Positions 1 to 8,762 of a stretch of 64,000 nt of DNA are shown piece after piece. Within the stretch, counting starts at the first letter, position 1. Each line of letters begins with the position of its first letter. The stretch lies in NCBI GenBank assembly GCA_022843045.1, contig JALHOJ010000001.1, positions 55,585-119,584 on the forward strand, written 5' to 3'. The notes under the pieces were generated by a model. The model saw only the letters and a program-made list of their open reading frames with translations, did not search any database and was not told the origin of the DNA. Both the position numbers and the translations under genes were made by a program. Source of the DNA: Phycisphaerales bacterium. GTDB lineage: Bacteria > Planctomycetota > Phycisphaerae > Phycisphaerales > UBA1924.

Positions 1-1149
1 CCGGAGGAAATCCCGCTCGTGCTGCGGACCATCGCCGACAAGCCTGTGGGCACGCCCATCGAACTCGCGTACGTGCGTGATGGGCAGGCGGCGACGGCGA
101 CGACGACCACGGAGAAGCTGCTTCGCGAAGAAGGCAAGGAGATGGCCCTGCGGCTGTTCGGCATCTCGCTCAGCGAGATCACCGACCGCATGGCCCGCAA
201 CCGCAACCTGCCCGATACCAACGGCGCGATGGTCATCGGCATCCGCGGCGGCGGCCCGGCCCAGATCGCCGAGCCTGCAATCACGTGGGGCGACGTGATC
301 AAGTCGATCAACGGCCGATCCATCGCGACCGTGAACGACGCGCTCGATGAGTACAAGAAGATCGCGGGCCAGGACCCGATTCCGGAATTCGTGATCGTCG
401 AGTTTGACCGCAACGGCAAGAACAACCTCACGCTGCTCAAGCCTCGCCCTGAGAAGCCCGACGATCCGCCCCGCGAACTGCCCAAGGCGTGGATTGGCGT
501 TGCGACCCAGCCGGTGCTCAAGCAGCTCGCGGATCAGCTCAAGGATCGCGGGGCGCAGGGCTTCCGCGTGACCCGCATCTATCCCAACACGCTCGCCGCG
601 GGCAGCGACCTGCGCGTGGGCGACATCATCACGAAGCTCAATGGCGAAGCGATGGCGCCCAAGAGCATCCAGGACTCGGGCATGTTCCAGCGTCAGGTGC
701 GCAGGCTCTCTGCGGGCCAGCCCGCGAAGCTCGGTGTGCTGCGCGACGGGGCGAGCAAGGAAATCGAAGTCACGCTCGAACGCACCCGCATCACGGCGGA
801 AGAAGCCCTGCGCGACAGCAACCGCGACTTTGAACTGACCGTGCGCGAGCTCACGTTCTTCGACCGCGACGATAATCGCTGGGACGACAGCGTGACGGGC
901 GTGATCGTCGCGAGCGTGGAACGGGCGGGCTGGGCGGGGCTGGCGGGCGTGTTCGAGGGCGACGTCATCCAGCGGATCAACAACTACACGATCACGGATA
1001 TTCCGTCCTATCGCAAGGCGATGGATGCGATTGCGAAGGAGCAACCGTCGCGCGTCTCGTTCTTCGTCCTGCGAGGCACCCGCACCCAGTTCAAGTTCGC
1101 CGAGCCGGAGTGGAAGCCGACAGTGACGACGGGGACGACCAGCAAGTAG
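1..1149 (+). CDS. multi-PDZ domain protein, probably the C-terminal part of an HtrA/DegP-type periplasmic protease (5' end outside the window)
   Basis: Frame 1 is open from nt 1; the track ORF 19..1149 starts at an internal GTG. Three PDZ-like segments are present (GDVIKSINGRSI, GDIITKLNGEAM, GDVIQRINNYTI). TAG stop at 1147-1149. Confidence 0.7.
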   Translation, partial: PEEIPLVLRTIADKPVGTPIELAYVRDGQAATATTTTEKLLREEGKEMALRLFGISLSEITDRMARNRNLPDTNGAMVIGIRGGGPAQIAEPAITWGDVIKSINGRSIATVNDALDEYKKIAGQDPIPEFVIVEFDRNGKNNLTLLKPRPEKPDDPPRELPKAWIGVATQPVLKQLADQLKDRGAQGFRVTRIYPNTLAAGSDLRVGDIITKLNGEAMAPKSIQDSGMFQRQVRRLSAGQPAKLGVLRDGASKEIEVTLERTRITAEEALRDSNRDFELTVRELTFFDRDDNRWDDSVTGVIVASVERAGWAGLAGVFEGDVIQRINNYTITDIPSYRKAMDAIAKEQPSRVSFFVLRGTRTQFKFAEPEWKPTVTTGTTSK

Positions 1150-1173
1150 TCGAGCAAATCAACGAAGAGCTTG

Positions 1174-1280
1174 CCGCGGAGATCACGGAGAGAAGGCAGG
1201 GCCCCGCGGATCGGCGCGGATAAAGGCAGTGCTTGTCTTCAATCTGCGGTCACTCTTTTGCTCCTCCGTGATCTGCGTGG
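1174..1280. repeat. imperfect inverted repeat, member of the GCGGA-phased intergenic element family
   Basis: CCGCGGAGATCACGGAGAG (1174-1192) is nearly the reverse complement of CTCCTCCGTGATCTGCGTGG (1261-1280). GCGGA ends at 1180, 1210 and 1220. GCGGATAAAGGC (1216-1227) recurs at 3817-3828. Confidence 0.6.
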
Positions 1281-1346
1281 TCAATTCGGCCTTCTCGAGG
1301 TACCAAAATTGGGTCTTCCCGCGCGGATTGTGCCGATACCCGCCGC

Positions 1347-2603
1347 ATGGGTTGCGCGGATTCCCTGCGCGGTGGTGTGGCGATCGTCCGGTTGGGCGAT
1401 GGTGTGCCGCGCGCAGTGTTGGTCAGGACCGTGGCGACTCTGGTGATCCTCGCCGTTGCCGGGTGTGGGCCTCGCGCCACCAAGCCGGGTGGGGATGCTC
1501 AGAAAGCACCCGACGCGAGTTTGTCCGCACTCCTGCGCAGCAACCAACCCGCGACGATCGACGCCGCGCCAATTCCTACGCGGGAGATGAGCGACGAGGA
1601 CAAGGCGGCGTGGAGCCGACGTTCGGCGGTGAACCTCGAGGAGGCGCTGGCGGCGGCGGAGAACGCCCCGCCCAGGCCGCCCGAGCCGGTCAAGACCATC
1701 GAAGTGCCCGAGTCGCCCAACTTCGGGCTCGCCGCCGCCGCGGGGGATGCGGGCGTGGCCGCCGGGCCGACCGACGAAAAAGCGAGCAACGCTCAGGCGG
1801 CGCAGCAGCCAGAACTCAAGCCAACGCCGCCCGAGCCCGAGGCCAAGCCAGTCTCGCCGATTGTCGACCTGGCGCGGAAGATGGCGGCCTTGCTGCGGCA
1901 GAAGGACGAGGCGGGCAAGCCGCTGATTTCGGACAACGCGGCGCTCACGCCGCTGGCGGCCCTCGCGAGCAAGAGCAATGCGCTGGCGACAATCGAGCAG
2001 GCGGCGGACCCCAAGCATCCGTTGCATGATCTGTCTGAGGCGGATCGCAAAGTGATCGCGGAAGCGCGGGCGCGGGTCTTGGCGAATCCGCGGTTGGCGA
2101 CGGAAGACCTGATCAACGCCCTGCGCGCAAATCAGCAGGCGGGGCCAAGCGTGACGATCACCAAGGCCGCGCTCTGCACGCGGGTCGAAGGGTTCGGGCG
2201 GTTTGAGGCGTTCGCAAGCTCAACATTCGTCGCGGGCCAACCGATTCGCGCGATCGTGTACACGCAATTGGCGGACTTTGCGGCCCGTCCCGCGCGAGAC
2301 AACGACCCGGTGCAGCGCACGATTCCCATTGGCGAACAAGTCTCGGTCGACCTCGCGCAGGAGTTGTCGCTCTTTACGGACGCCGACGGCCTGCTGGCTT
2401 GGCACGATCCGGGTCGGGGCGTGGTCGAGACCAATCGCACCAAGCGAACCGACTTCTATCTGGTTCAGATGATCGAACTGCCCGCGACGCTCTCGATCGG
2501 GCGGTACAACCTCAAGGTGACGGTGACGGACCGGACCACGGGGGCGCAGGCCGAGCGCGTGCTGCCGATTGAGGTCGTGGCGGATGCGCGGCTGGTGCGG
2601 TGA
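1347..2603 (+). CDS. hypothetical lipoprotein
   Basis: 418-codon ORF with GC3 bias. A hydrophobic N-terminus ends in a lipobox-like LAVAGC, followed by an Ala/Pro-rich linker and a beta-rich C-terminal region. No family recognised; start codon uncertain. Confidence 0.55.
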   Translation: MGCADSLRGGVAIVRLGDGVPRAVLVRTVATLVILAVAGCGPRATKPGGDAQKAPDASLSALLRSNQPATIDAAPIPTREMSDEDKAAWSRRSAVNLEEALAAAENAPPRPPEPVKTIEVPESPNFGLAAAAGDAGVAAGPTDEKASNAQAAQQPELKPTPPEPEAKPVSPIVDLARKMAALLRQKDEAGKPLISDNAALTPLAALASKSNALATIEQAADPKHPLHDLSEADRKVIAEARARVLANPRLATEDLINALRANQQAGPSVTITKAALCTRVEGFGRFEAFASSTFVAGQPIRAIVYTQLADFAARPARDNDPVQRTIPIGEQVSVDLAQELSLFTDADGLLAWHDPGRGVVETNRTKRTDFYLVQMIELPATLSIGRYNLKVTVTDRTTGAQAERVLPIEVVADARLVR

Positions 2604-2616
2604 TCCTCGGGAACTC

Positions 2617-2733
2617 GATTTCAGCACAGAGACACAAAGATCAGGAGAAAGAGGAGAAGGGTGACTGGGCTTGGCTCTGCAAGCCTGTCTTTCCTCATCT
2701 TTCTCGCGGTCTCTGTGTCTCTGTGCTGAAATC
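2617..2733. repeat. long palindromic intergenic element between convergent genes
   Basis: Left arm GATTTCAGCACAGAGACACAAAGATCAGGAGAAAGAGGAGAAGG (from 2617). The right arm, ending at 2733, reads GATTTCAGCACAGAGACACAGAGACCGCGAGAAAGATGAGGAAAGACAGG on the bottom strand. The first 20 nt match perfectly and the loop is about 24 nt. Confidence 0.8.
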
Positions 2734-2752
2734 AAGTTCACTCAACGCGACT

Positions 2753-3736
2753 TCAATCCGCGTAGCCGTTGCGATGCGTCGTGTGCCACTTCCAGGCGGT
2801 TTCGACGGTCTTGACGATGTCCGCAAACTGTGGCTTCCAGCCCAGCCGAGTCTTCAGCTTGGTGGGGTCGGCGACCAGCGCGGGTGGGTCGCCCGGGCGG
2901 CGGGGGCCGAATTGGAACGGGATCTTGGTGCCCGTCACCTGTTCGCACGCGCGAATGATCTGCAGGTTCGACTGCCCATTGCCCGTGCCGATGTTGTAGA
3001 CCTCGCTGGTCGTCGGCGTCGTCGCTTCGATGGCGAGGTGGTGCGCCTGGGCAAGGTCGCTGGTGTGGATGTAGTCGCGGACGCAGGTGCCGTCGGGTGT
3101 GGGATAGTCGTTGCCGAAGATCGTGAGTTCCTTGCGTTTGCCCAAGGGCACTTCGAGCACAAGCGGAATCAGGTGCGTTTCGGGGCGGTGGTCCTCGCCG
3201 TGCGTGCCGTCGGGGTCGGCCCCTGCGGCGTTGAAGTACCGCAGCAGTGTGAAGCCCAGCCCATACGCATGTGCAAAGTCGCGAATCATCCATTCAACAA
3301 CCAGTTTCGTGCGGGCGTAGGGCGAGCAAGGATCCTGCAGCGAATCCTCGGCCATGGGAACCTTCGGGTTCATGCCGTAGGTCGCGCAGGTGCTGGAGAA
3401 GAGCAGGCGCTTAACGCCCGCCTTCTGCATGGCGCGGAGGAGGCTGAGCGTGCCCGAGACGTTGTTGGAGTAGTGGTAGTCGGGGTTGGTGACGGATTCG
3501 CCCACATACGTCGCCGCGGCGAAGTGCATGACGGCGTCGATCTTGAACTTGGTCATGACCGTGACGAGCGCGTCGGTGTTGGCGATGTCTCCGATGACGA
3601 GCCGGCCGGAGGGCACCGCGCCGATGTGGCCTTCCTTGAGGTTGTCGTAGGCGATGGGGTTGTGGCCGTGCTTGACGAGCCAGCGCAGGCAGGCGGAACC
3701 GACGAATCCGGCGCCGCCGGTGACGAGGATGTTCAT
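2753..3736 (-). CDS. galE: UDP-glucose 4-epimerase
   Basis: N-terminal Rossmann motif VTGGAGFVGS, SDR catalytic YARTK, full-length resemblance to GalE. GGAGG lies 9 nt upstream of ATG 3736. Confidence 0.9.
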   Translation of the reverse strand: MNILVTGGAGFVGSACLRWLVKHGHNPIAYDNLKEGHIGAVPSGRLVIGDIANTDALVTVMTKFKIDAVMHFAAATYVGESVTNPDYHYSNNVSGTLSLLRAMQKAGVKRLLFSSTCATYGMNPKVPMAEDSLQDPCSPYARTKLVVEWMIRDFAHAYGLGFTLLRYFNAAGADPDGTHGEDHRPETHLIPLVLEVPLGKRKELTIFGNDYPTPDGTCVRDYIHTSDLAQAHHLAIEATTPTTSEVYNIGTGNGQSNLQIIRACEQVTGTKIPFQFGPRRPGDPPALVADPTKLKTRLGWKPQFADIVKTVETAWKWHTTHRNGYAD

Positions 3737-3795
3737 GGGGATCGAGCCTCCGAAGAAGAACGTAACGCAGATTGAGAATAGGAAAGAAGAGGAGC

Positions 3796-3831
3796 CGCGG
3801 ATTTGCGCGGATGGACGCGGATAAAGGCGGA
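3796..3831. repeat. four tandem 10-nt units each containing (C)GCGGA
   Basis: CGCGGATTTG CGCGGATGGA CGCGGATAAA GGCGGA. The terminal A of the motif falls at 3801, 3811, 3821 and 3831. A purine-rich GGAAAGAAGAGGAG precedes it. Confidence 0.75.
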
Positions 3832-3845
3832 GCAGATCGTGCTGG

Positions 3846-5030
3846 TCAGCGCGGTCGCATCCACACCGGCTGGCGGCCTTGCAGGGCGTCGGGCAGCACC
3901 GCGGAGAGGAAGCGGTCCATCACGTGAGGCCACTCCAGCACGTCGCGGACGCGGGTGAGTGCGGCCTTGCCCATCTGGTGGAGGCGGGCGGGATCGGAAA
4001 GGGCATCAACGAGGGCATCGGCGAGGCCTTGGGGCGTGCGATTGGCGGTGAGCAGGCCCGTCGTGCCGCTGTCGACGATGTCGGGCAGGGCCCAGTCGTC
4101 GAAACCGACGATGGGCAGGGCGTGGCTGGCGGCCTCGACGAAGACCAGCCCCCATGTCTCGCACTTGGTGGGCATGCAGAAGATGCTGGAGTTGAGGTAG
4201 AGCTCGTGCAATTGCTCGTTGCTGGCAAAGGGGATGTGCTCGATGCCGTCGAGCGGGACCTGCGCGTCGCCCAGCTTGGCCATGCTGCTCACGATCGTGA
4301 GCGTGGCGTCGGGCACGCGTTGGCGGACGAGCTTGAAGGCCTCCAGGAGCGTCTCCCCCCCTTTGCGCTCAAACGCTCGACCCACAAACAGGATCCGCTT
4401 GCGCTGGTAGCGCTCGATGGTCGGTTCAGACACGCCTTCCCACCGCCGAATCGCGCCCGCCCCGATGGGGAAGACCTTGGAGCGCGGATAGCCGTACTCG
4501 CGCTGGAGCGAATCCGCGACAAAGCTTGCGAAGCTCAGCACGCCGTCCGCGTTCGAAATGACCGACTTCTGGAACCGCTTGTTCTCCGCAATCTGCTCGG
4601 GCGACAACGAGTTGTACCCAAAGCCGCCACCCTTGAGGGCGTCGTCGATGGTGATGTCCTGAAACAGGAATCGCTTGATGGGCAGAACGGGGTTGATGAT
4701 GGGCAGGACGTAGTGATAGACGACGGGCGTGCCGTGGGGCACGCGACTCAAAAGCCGCGCGAGATTGCCCGAGCGTTCGTCGGCAGGCGGCAGCACCGCC
4801 TTGCGAAGCTTCAGATGCTCCTTGGTGATCCGCCGGCGAATGCGGTACATCAGGTGGCGAATCTCGCTGCGCCCGTGGAGCTCGGCGAAGGACGCGTCGT
4901 GGACGTTCCACGCGCCGTAGAGCAGGCCCATCTTCTTGAGGCGCGTGCAGATCGCGGGGACGACGCCGGAATTGGTCCAGCGGTCCCAAGGATCGAACGC
5001 CGTGATGTAGAGGACTTGACGCTTGGGCAT
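3846..5030 (-). CDS. glycosyltransferase, GT-B fold (family 4/1 type)
   Basis: C-terminal half carries ILFVGRAFERKGGETLLEAF and ETWGLVFVEAASHALPIVG motifs. ATG at 5030; the track ORF starts two codons earlier at GTG 5036. Confidence 0.85.
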   Translation of the reverse strand: MPKRQVLYITAFDPWDRWTNSGVVPAICTRLKKMGLLYGAWNVHDASFAELHGRSEIRHLMYRIRRRITKEHLKLRKAVLPPADERSGNLARLLSRVPHGTPVVYHYVLPIINPVLPIKRFLFQDITIDDALKGGGFGYNSLSPEQIAENKRFQKSVISNADGVLSFASFVADSLQREYGYPRSKVFPIGAGAIRRWEGVSEPTIERYQRKRILFVGRAFERKGGETLLEAFKLVRQRVPDATLTIVSSMAKLGDAQVPLDGIEHIPFASNEQLHELYLNSSIFCMPTKCETWGLVFVEAASHALPIVGFDDWALPDIVDSGTTGLLTANRTPQGLADALVDALSDPARLHQMGKAALTRVRDVLEWPHVMDRFLSAVLPDALQGRQPVWMRPR

Positions 5031-5072
5031 GCACACTCGGTCAAAACGTGGAACGGCGATCGCTGCAAAGGA

Positions 5073-5690
5073 CTACGACCGACCGACGATGATGCGGGCC
5101 GCGTCGAGGAGATTATCGGCGACAAAGTCCGCGGACTTGGATGCTTCCGGCTGGGATGCGCCGTGCCCGGTGCGAACGTGGATCGTGGCCTTGCAGCCCG
5201 CGTTCTTGCCCGCGAGGATGTCGCTGAGCATGTCGCCGATCATCCAGGAGCGGGCGAGATCAAGCTTGTGCTCGCGGGCGGCGCGGAGCAGCATGCCCGG
5301 CGCAGGCTTGCGGTCGGGGTGGTCGATGCGGGTGCGGCGGTCGGGTGCGTCGTCGGCGTCCTGGGGCGGGGCGACGGTGCAGAAGTACGCGCCATCGAGG
5401 GATGCGGCATTCTCGGGAATGGCTGCCGAGAGTTGACGGTCGACCTCCCGCTGCACCGCATGCATGTCGGCCTCGGAGAGCTTGCCTCGCCCCACGCCCG
5501 ATTGATTGCTGATGACGACGCAGCGAAAGCCCGCGGCGTGGAGCATGGCGATGGCCTCCGCCGCGCCGGGGAGGAGTTCGACTTGCTCGGGGCGCGCGAT
5601 GTAATGCACTTCGCGGATGATGGTGCCATCGCGGTCAAGGAAGACGGCGGAATGGAGGGGGGCGTCGGGCATGGAATTGATGGCGTTCAT
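5073..5690 (-). CDS. HAD-IIIA family phosphatase (GmhB-like heptose bisphosphate phosphatase type)
   Basis: HAD motifs FLDRDGT, ISNQSGVGRG and IGDMLSDILAG are present. The Zn-binding Cys motif of canonical GmhB is not evident. The start overlaps the upstream Nudix stop as ATGA (5687-5690). Confidence 0.8.
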   Translation of the reverse strand: MNAINSMPDAPLHSAVFLDRDGTIIREVHYIARPEQVELLPGAAEAIAMLHAAGFRCVVISNQSGVGRGKLSEADMHAVQREVDRQLSAAIPENAASLDGAYFCTVAPPQDADDAPDRRTRIDHPDRKPAPGMLLRAAREHKLDLARSWMIGDMLSDILAGKNAGCKATIHVRTGHGASQPEASKSADFVADNLLDAARIIVGRS

Positions 5691-6163
5691 GGACGCGCGA
5701 CGGCATACGTCGTCGCGCCTCGCTTGGGCTTGCGGAGCGCGGCTCGGATAATGGGCGCGTGGCTCGCCGGGAGCAGGTCGAGGTGGCGGAGCTTATCGAG
5801 CGGGCACCAGACGAAGAGCAGGCCCGGCTCCTTGCTGCGGACGACGCGCGGGATCGCGGGCGTGCGTCGGCTCGCTTTGGGGGCTTTTCGCGTGAACTTG
5901 GCCCGGAAGATGAAGTTGAACTCGTGCCGACGCTTGCCGCGTTGGCGGAAGGCGTGGTCTTCGAGCGCGAGCAGGTCAGCGACGTCGATACGGACACCGG
6001 CTTCTTCGACCAGTTCGCGGGCGAGGGCCTGCGGGGCGGTCTCGCCAAACTCGATGTGGCCGCCCGGCAGGAAGCAATAACCCTTGCGGGAGTGCTGACA
6101 GAGCAGCACGTGCCCGGCTTCGATGATAACGGCTCGCGCGATGGCCTCAATGTGCTTGGGCAT
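5687..6163 (-). CDS. NUDIX hydrolase
   Basis: Nudix box GGHIEFGETAPQALARELVEEAGV. Confidence 0.8.
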   Translation of the reverse strand: MPKHIEAIARAVIIEAGHVLLCQHSRKGYCFLPGGHIEFGETAPQALARELVEEAGVRIDVADLLALEDHAFRQRGKRRHEFNFIFRAKFTRKAPKASRRTPAIPRVVRSKEPGLLFVWCPLDKLRHLDLLPASHAPIIRAALRKPKRGATTYAVARP

Positions 6164-6207
6164 GGCAAGGCGAGCGTACGCGGGGGGCCGGGGGGCGAAG
6201 GAAGATC

Positions 6208-6357
6208 GAATTCACCACGGAGCACACAGAAATAACGGAGAGGAGAAGCGGGGTCGCGAATCTGCGCGGACTGACGCGGACGAGGGCACAGAAATCGCTC
6301 TGGGCGATTGCTCGCGATTCGCCGCCCTGCCACACTTCGTGTTCTGCGTGGCAAATC
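6208..6357. repeat. palindromic intergenic element, same family
   Basis: GAATTCACCACGGAGCACACAGAA (6208-6231) pairs with TTCGTGTTCTGCGTGGCAAATC (6336-6357). The interior has GGAGAGGAGAAGC and GCGGA ending at 6270 and 6280. Confidence 0.65.
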
Positions 6358-6399
6358 AGAGCCCCTCAAAGGCTCCGCGCTCGCACTGGTTTCGCGCAG

Positions 6400-7452
6400 T
6401 TACTTCCCCGCCTCCAGCCGTCCCTCCTCAGGATCCAGCCGCGACATCAGGTACGCCAGACCGATCCCCAGCGCCACCAAGCCCAGCGACGCAGCGATCT
6501 GCAGCGGAGTGGGGCCAAAGAACGCCATGCGCCAGTCGCTGGGATCGATCGTGCTCGCGTTCTCGGCGGTGATGGTCACGCCCTTGATCACTTCGCCCAC
6601 CTGAGGCGGCACGCCCTCGCGGAAGGGCCAAAGGCCGCCAATCGCGCCGACCACGACGCCCAGGAGCACGCCCGCCACGGCCTGGCGATGGTGCTTGAAG
6701 AGCCAGCGCAGCAGCGTCGACACGCCGCCCAGCCCAATCGCCACGCCCAGCGCGACGGGCAGCAGGAACAGCCCAGCGTCCCACATCGCCTTGATGTCGA
6801 AGGCGATGAGCGCGTCCTTAAAGCGGTCGATGCCCGAGAGGATCGGCACATACTCGCCCATCAGCAGCAGGAAGTAGCTGCCGTCCATGCCAGGGAGGAT
6901 GGTGGCGCTGGCTCCCGCGAGGCCGCCCGCGAAACGAGTCAACGGCGTCGATTGGCTCGCGGCGGAGCCGGAACTGTCGAGGTATTGCGTCGCGCCCAAC
7001 GCGGCGGTGATCACCAGCCCAGCGACGATGCCAGTCCAGACCTTCGCGTTCATCGGGCGTGCCCACTTCATGACCACCGGAATTGCGCCCAGGCGCAAGC
7101 CGATGAACAGGCTAAAGGTCTGCCAGCGATGCGTCAGGATCAGATTCTTGATGGGCCCCGCAGAAAGCAGAATCGCCAGCCCCGCTCCAAAGGCCACGAG
7201 GCCCAGGAACACGAAGGAGCGGAACTTCCAACGGAGTGTGGTCACATCAGCGATGGCGTCGATGAAACGCTGATACACGCCCACGAGCAGCAGCATCGCG
7301 CCGCCCGAAATGCCCGGCACCACATTCGCGATGCCCATGAGCAAACCGCCAAAGACCGATCGAACCGGATAGATCGGCGCCGCCGCGCTCGGAGTCATTG
7401 TGTCCGAGCCGTTTGGGGTCGGTGAGGGAGTTGGATTCACGGATTCTGTCAT
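6400..7452 (-). CDS. DUF368 family integral membrane protein
   Basis: Multi-TM protein with the DUF368-like VPGISGGAMLLLVGVY motif near the N-terminus. The first 152 codons of track ORF 6400..7908 are non-homologous and overlap the divergent gene. ATG 7452 or 7398 is the likely start. Confidence 0.75.
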   Translation of the reverse strand: MTESVNPTPSPTPNGSDTMTPSAAAPIYPVRSVFGGLLMGIANVVPGISGGAMLLLVGVYQRFIDAIADVTTLRWKFRSFVFLGLVAFGAGLAILLSAGPIKNLILTHRWQTFSLFIGLRLGAIPVVMKWARPMNAKVWTGIVAGLVITAALGATQYLDSSGSAASQSTPLTRFAGGLAGASATILPGMDGSYFLLLMGEYVPILSGIDRFKDALIAFDIKAMWDAGLFLLPVALGVAIGLGGVSTLLRWLFKHHRQAVAGVLLGVVVGAIGGLWPFREGVPPQVGEVIKGVTITAENASTIDPSDWRMAFFGPTPLQIAASLGLVALGIGLAYLMSRLDPEEGRLEAGK

Positions 7453-7504
7453 ACGCACGCAGCGTAGTGCGACGAACCGCACGAACGTCGCGGTACGATG
7501 TCGC

Positions 7505-8761
7505 ATGAATCGGATCATGCTGTGCGTGGGGTGCATCGGGTGTATTGGGGTGGCAAACGCGATCGTGCAGGCGGGCGAAGAGCCCGCTTGGAAGCATGTC
7601 GCCACCTTCGCATACCCGGGCAACGCGTGGGACCAGTCAGGCCTTAGCGGCAACGACCCCAGCGGCCCGCCTGAAGCACTGCTGGGCAGCTTTGGCAGCG
7701 GCATCGACTTTGATCCCAAGACCAACACGCTCGTCACGATCTGTGATCGCGGGCCATTCGACGGCGCAAGTGCATTTCGATGCCGGGTGCAGGTATTCTC
7801 GCTCCGCGACAAACCCGAGGACGGCGCGGCGGGCTTCACATTCGCAAATACGAAGACGGTCTTGCTCAAGACCAAGGCGGGCGAGCAGTTTGTCGGTTCG
7901 CTCGACAAGTTTGAACCGGCATTGACGGGTCCGACGGGTTCGCCCGAGGAGACGGGGTTTATGAAGATTCCCGCCCGGCTTGATCCCGAGGGGATTCGCG
8001 TCGCTCCCGACGGGACGTGGTGGATCAGCGAGGAATACGGACCTTGGATCGATCAGTTCTCGAGCGAAGGGGTGCACCTGCGTCGAATCGAACTTCCCGA
8101 GCGGTATCGCGCGAGCAAGCCCGCAGCGACGTACGAGGCTGAGATGCCGCCCTTGGTGACGCGCGGGCGTCAGCCCAATCGCGGGCTTGAGAGCCTGGCG
8201 ATCTCGCCCGATGGCAAGACGCTGTTCACGATGACGCAGTCGCCGGTGATTCAGGATGGCGCGCTCAACGCCGAGAATCGGCGCGAGGGACTGTTCATTC
8301 GAATTCTGGCGGTCGGCATCGCCGCGAGCGAGCCGACATTCCGCGAATACCTGTATCAGCTTGACGACAAGCGCCACGGCGTGAACGAGTTGCTCGCGGC
8401 GAGCGATCATGAGCTGCTCGTGCTCGAGCGAGACGGGGCGAAAGGGGCCAAGGCCAAGTGCCGGCGGGTCTACCGAGTCGACCTGCGCGAGGTCGACGAC
8501 ACGATGAGCGCGGTGCTCGCAAAGATGGATGCACTGCCCGCAAAGGGCGCGGTCACGGGCGTCAAGCCGCTCACCAAGACCCTCGAACTCGACCTGCTCG
8601 ATCCATCGCACAACCTCGCGGGCGACGACATGCCCGAGAAGATCGAAGGACTGTCGTTTGGTCCGAAGATGGCGGACGGACGGCGCACGCTGCTGGTCAG
8701 CACCGACAACGACCTGATTCCCGAGAATCCGTCGATCGTCTGGGTCTTCGCGCGGGAGTGA
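7505..8761 (+). CDS. secreted esterase-like-activity-of-phytase family protein
   Basis: Signal peptide MNRIMLCVGCIGCIGVANA. Family-typical blocks LDPEGIRVAPDGTWWISEEYGP, NRGLESLAISPDGKTLF and EKIEGLSFGP...LLVSTDNDL. Confidence 0.8.
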   Translation: MNRIMLCVGCIGCIGVANAIVQAGEEPAWKHVATFAYPGNAWDQSGLSGNDPSGPPEALLGSFGSGIDFDPKTNTLVTICDRGPFDGASAFRCRVQVFSLRDKPEDGAAGFTFANTKTVLLKTKAGEQFVGSLDKFEPALTGPTGSPEETGFMKIPARLDPEGIRVAPDGTWWISEEYGPWIDQFSSEGVHLRRIELPERYRASKPAATYEAEMPPLVTRGRQPNRGLESLAISPDGKTLFTMTQSPVIQDGALNAENRREGLFIRILAVGIAASEPTFREYLYQLDDKRHGVNELLAASDHELLVLERDGAKGAKAKCRRVYRVDLREVDDTMSAVLAKMDALPAKGAVTGVKPLTKTLELDLLDPSHNLAGDDMPEKIEGLSFGPKMADGRRTLLVSTDNDLIPENPSIVWVFARE

Positions 8762-8762
8762 A

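Noticed and set aside
3745-3840. GGA-rich intergenic arrays as CsrB/RsmZ-like CsrA-sequestering small RNAs
   Set aside because: The GCGGA motifs mostly lie inside long duplex arms rather than in hairpin loops. They occur on both strands of palindromes and sit in many unrelated 3' spacers. A repeat-element or DNA-level explanation fits better. It cannot be fully excluded without expression data.
3879-6080. 733-codon ORF on the top strand spanning the GT4, HAD phosphatase and Nudix loci
   Set aside because: It is antisense to three genes with clear family motifs, and its product is Gly/Ala/Arg/Asp-rich with no recognisable domains. It is a typical shadow ORF of high-GC DNA. The same applies to 31638..33818 (antisense to the metalloprotease), 38388..40322 and 41093..42640 (antisense to rne), 15375..16832, 17912..19429, 20712..22211, 24987..26183 and 60930..62156.
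6400-7908. Full 502-codon version of the DUF368 ORF
   Set aside because: The first ~150 codons overlap the divergent phytase-like gene and look non-protein-like. The family-typical N-terminus begins just after ATG 7452/7398.
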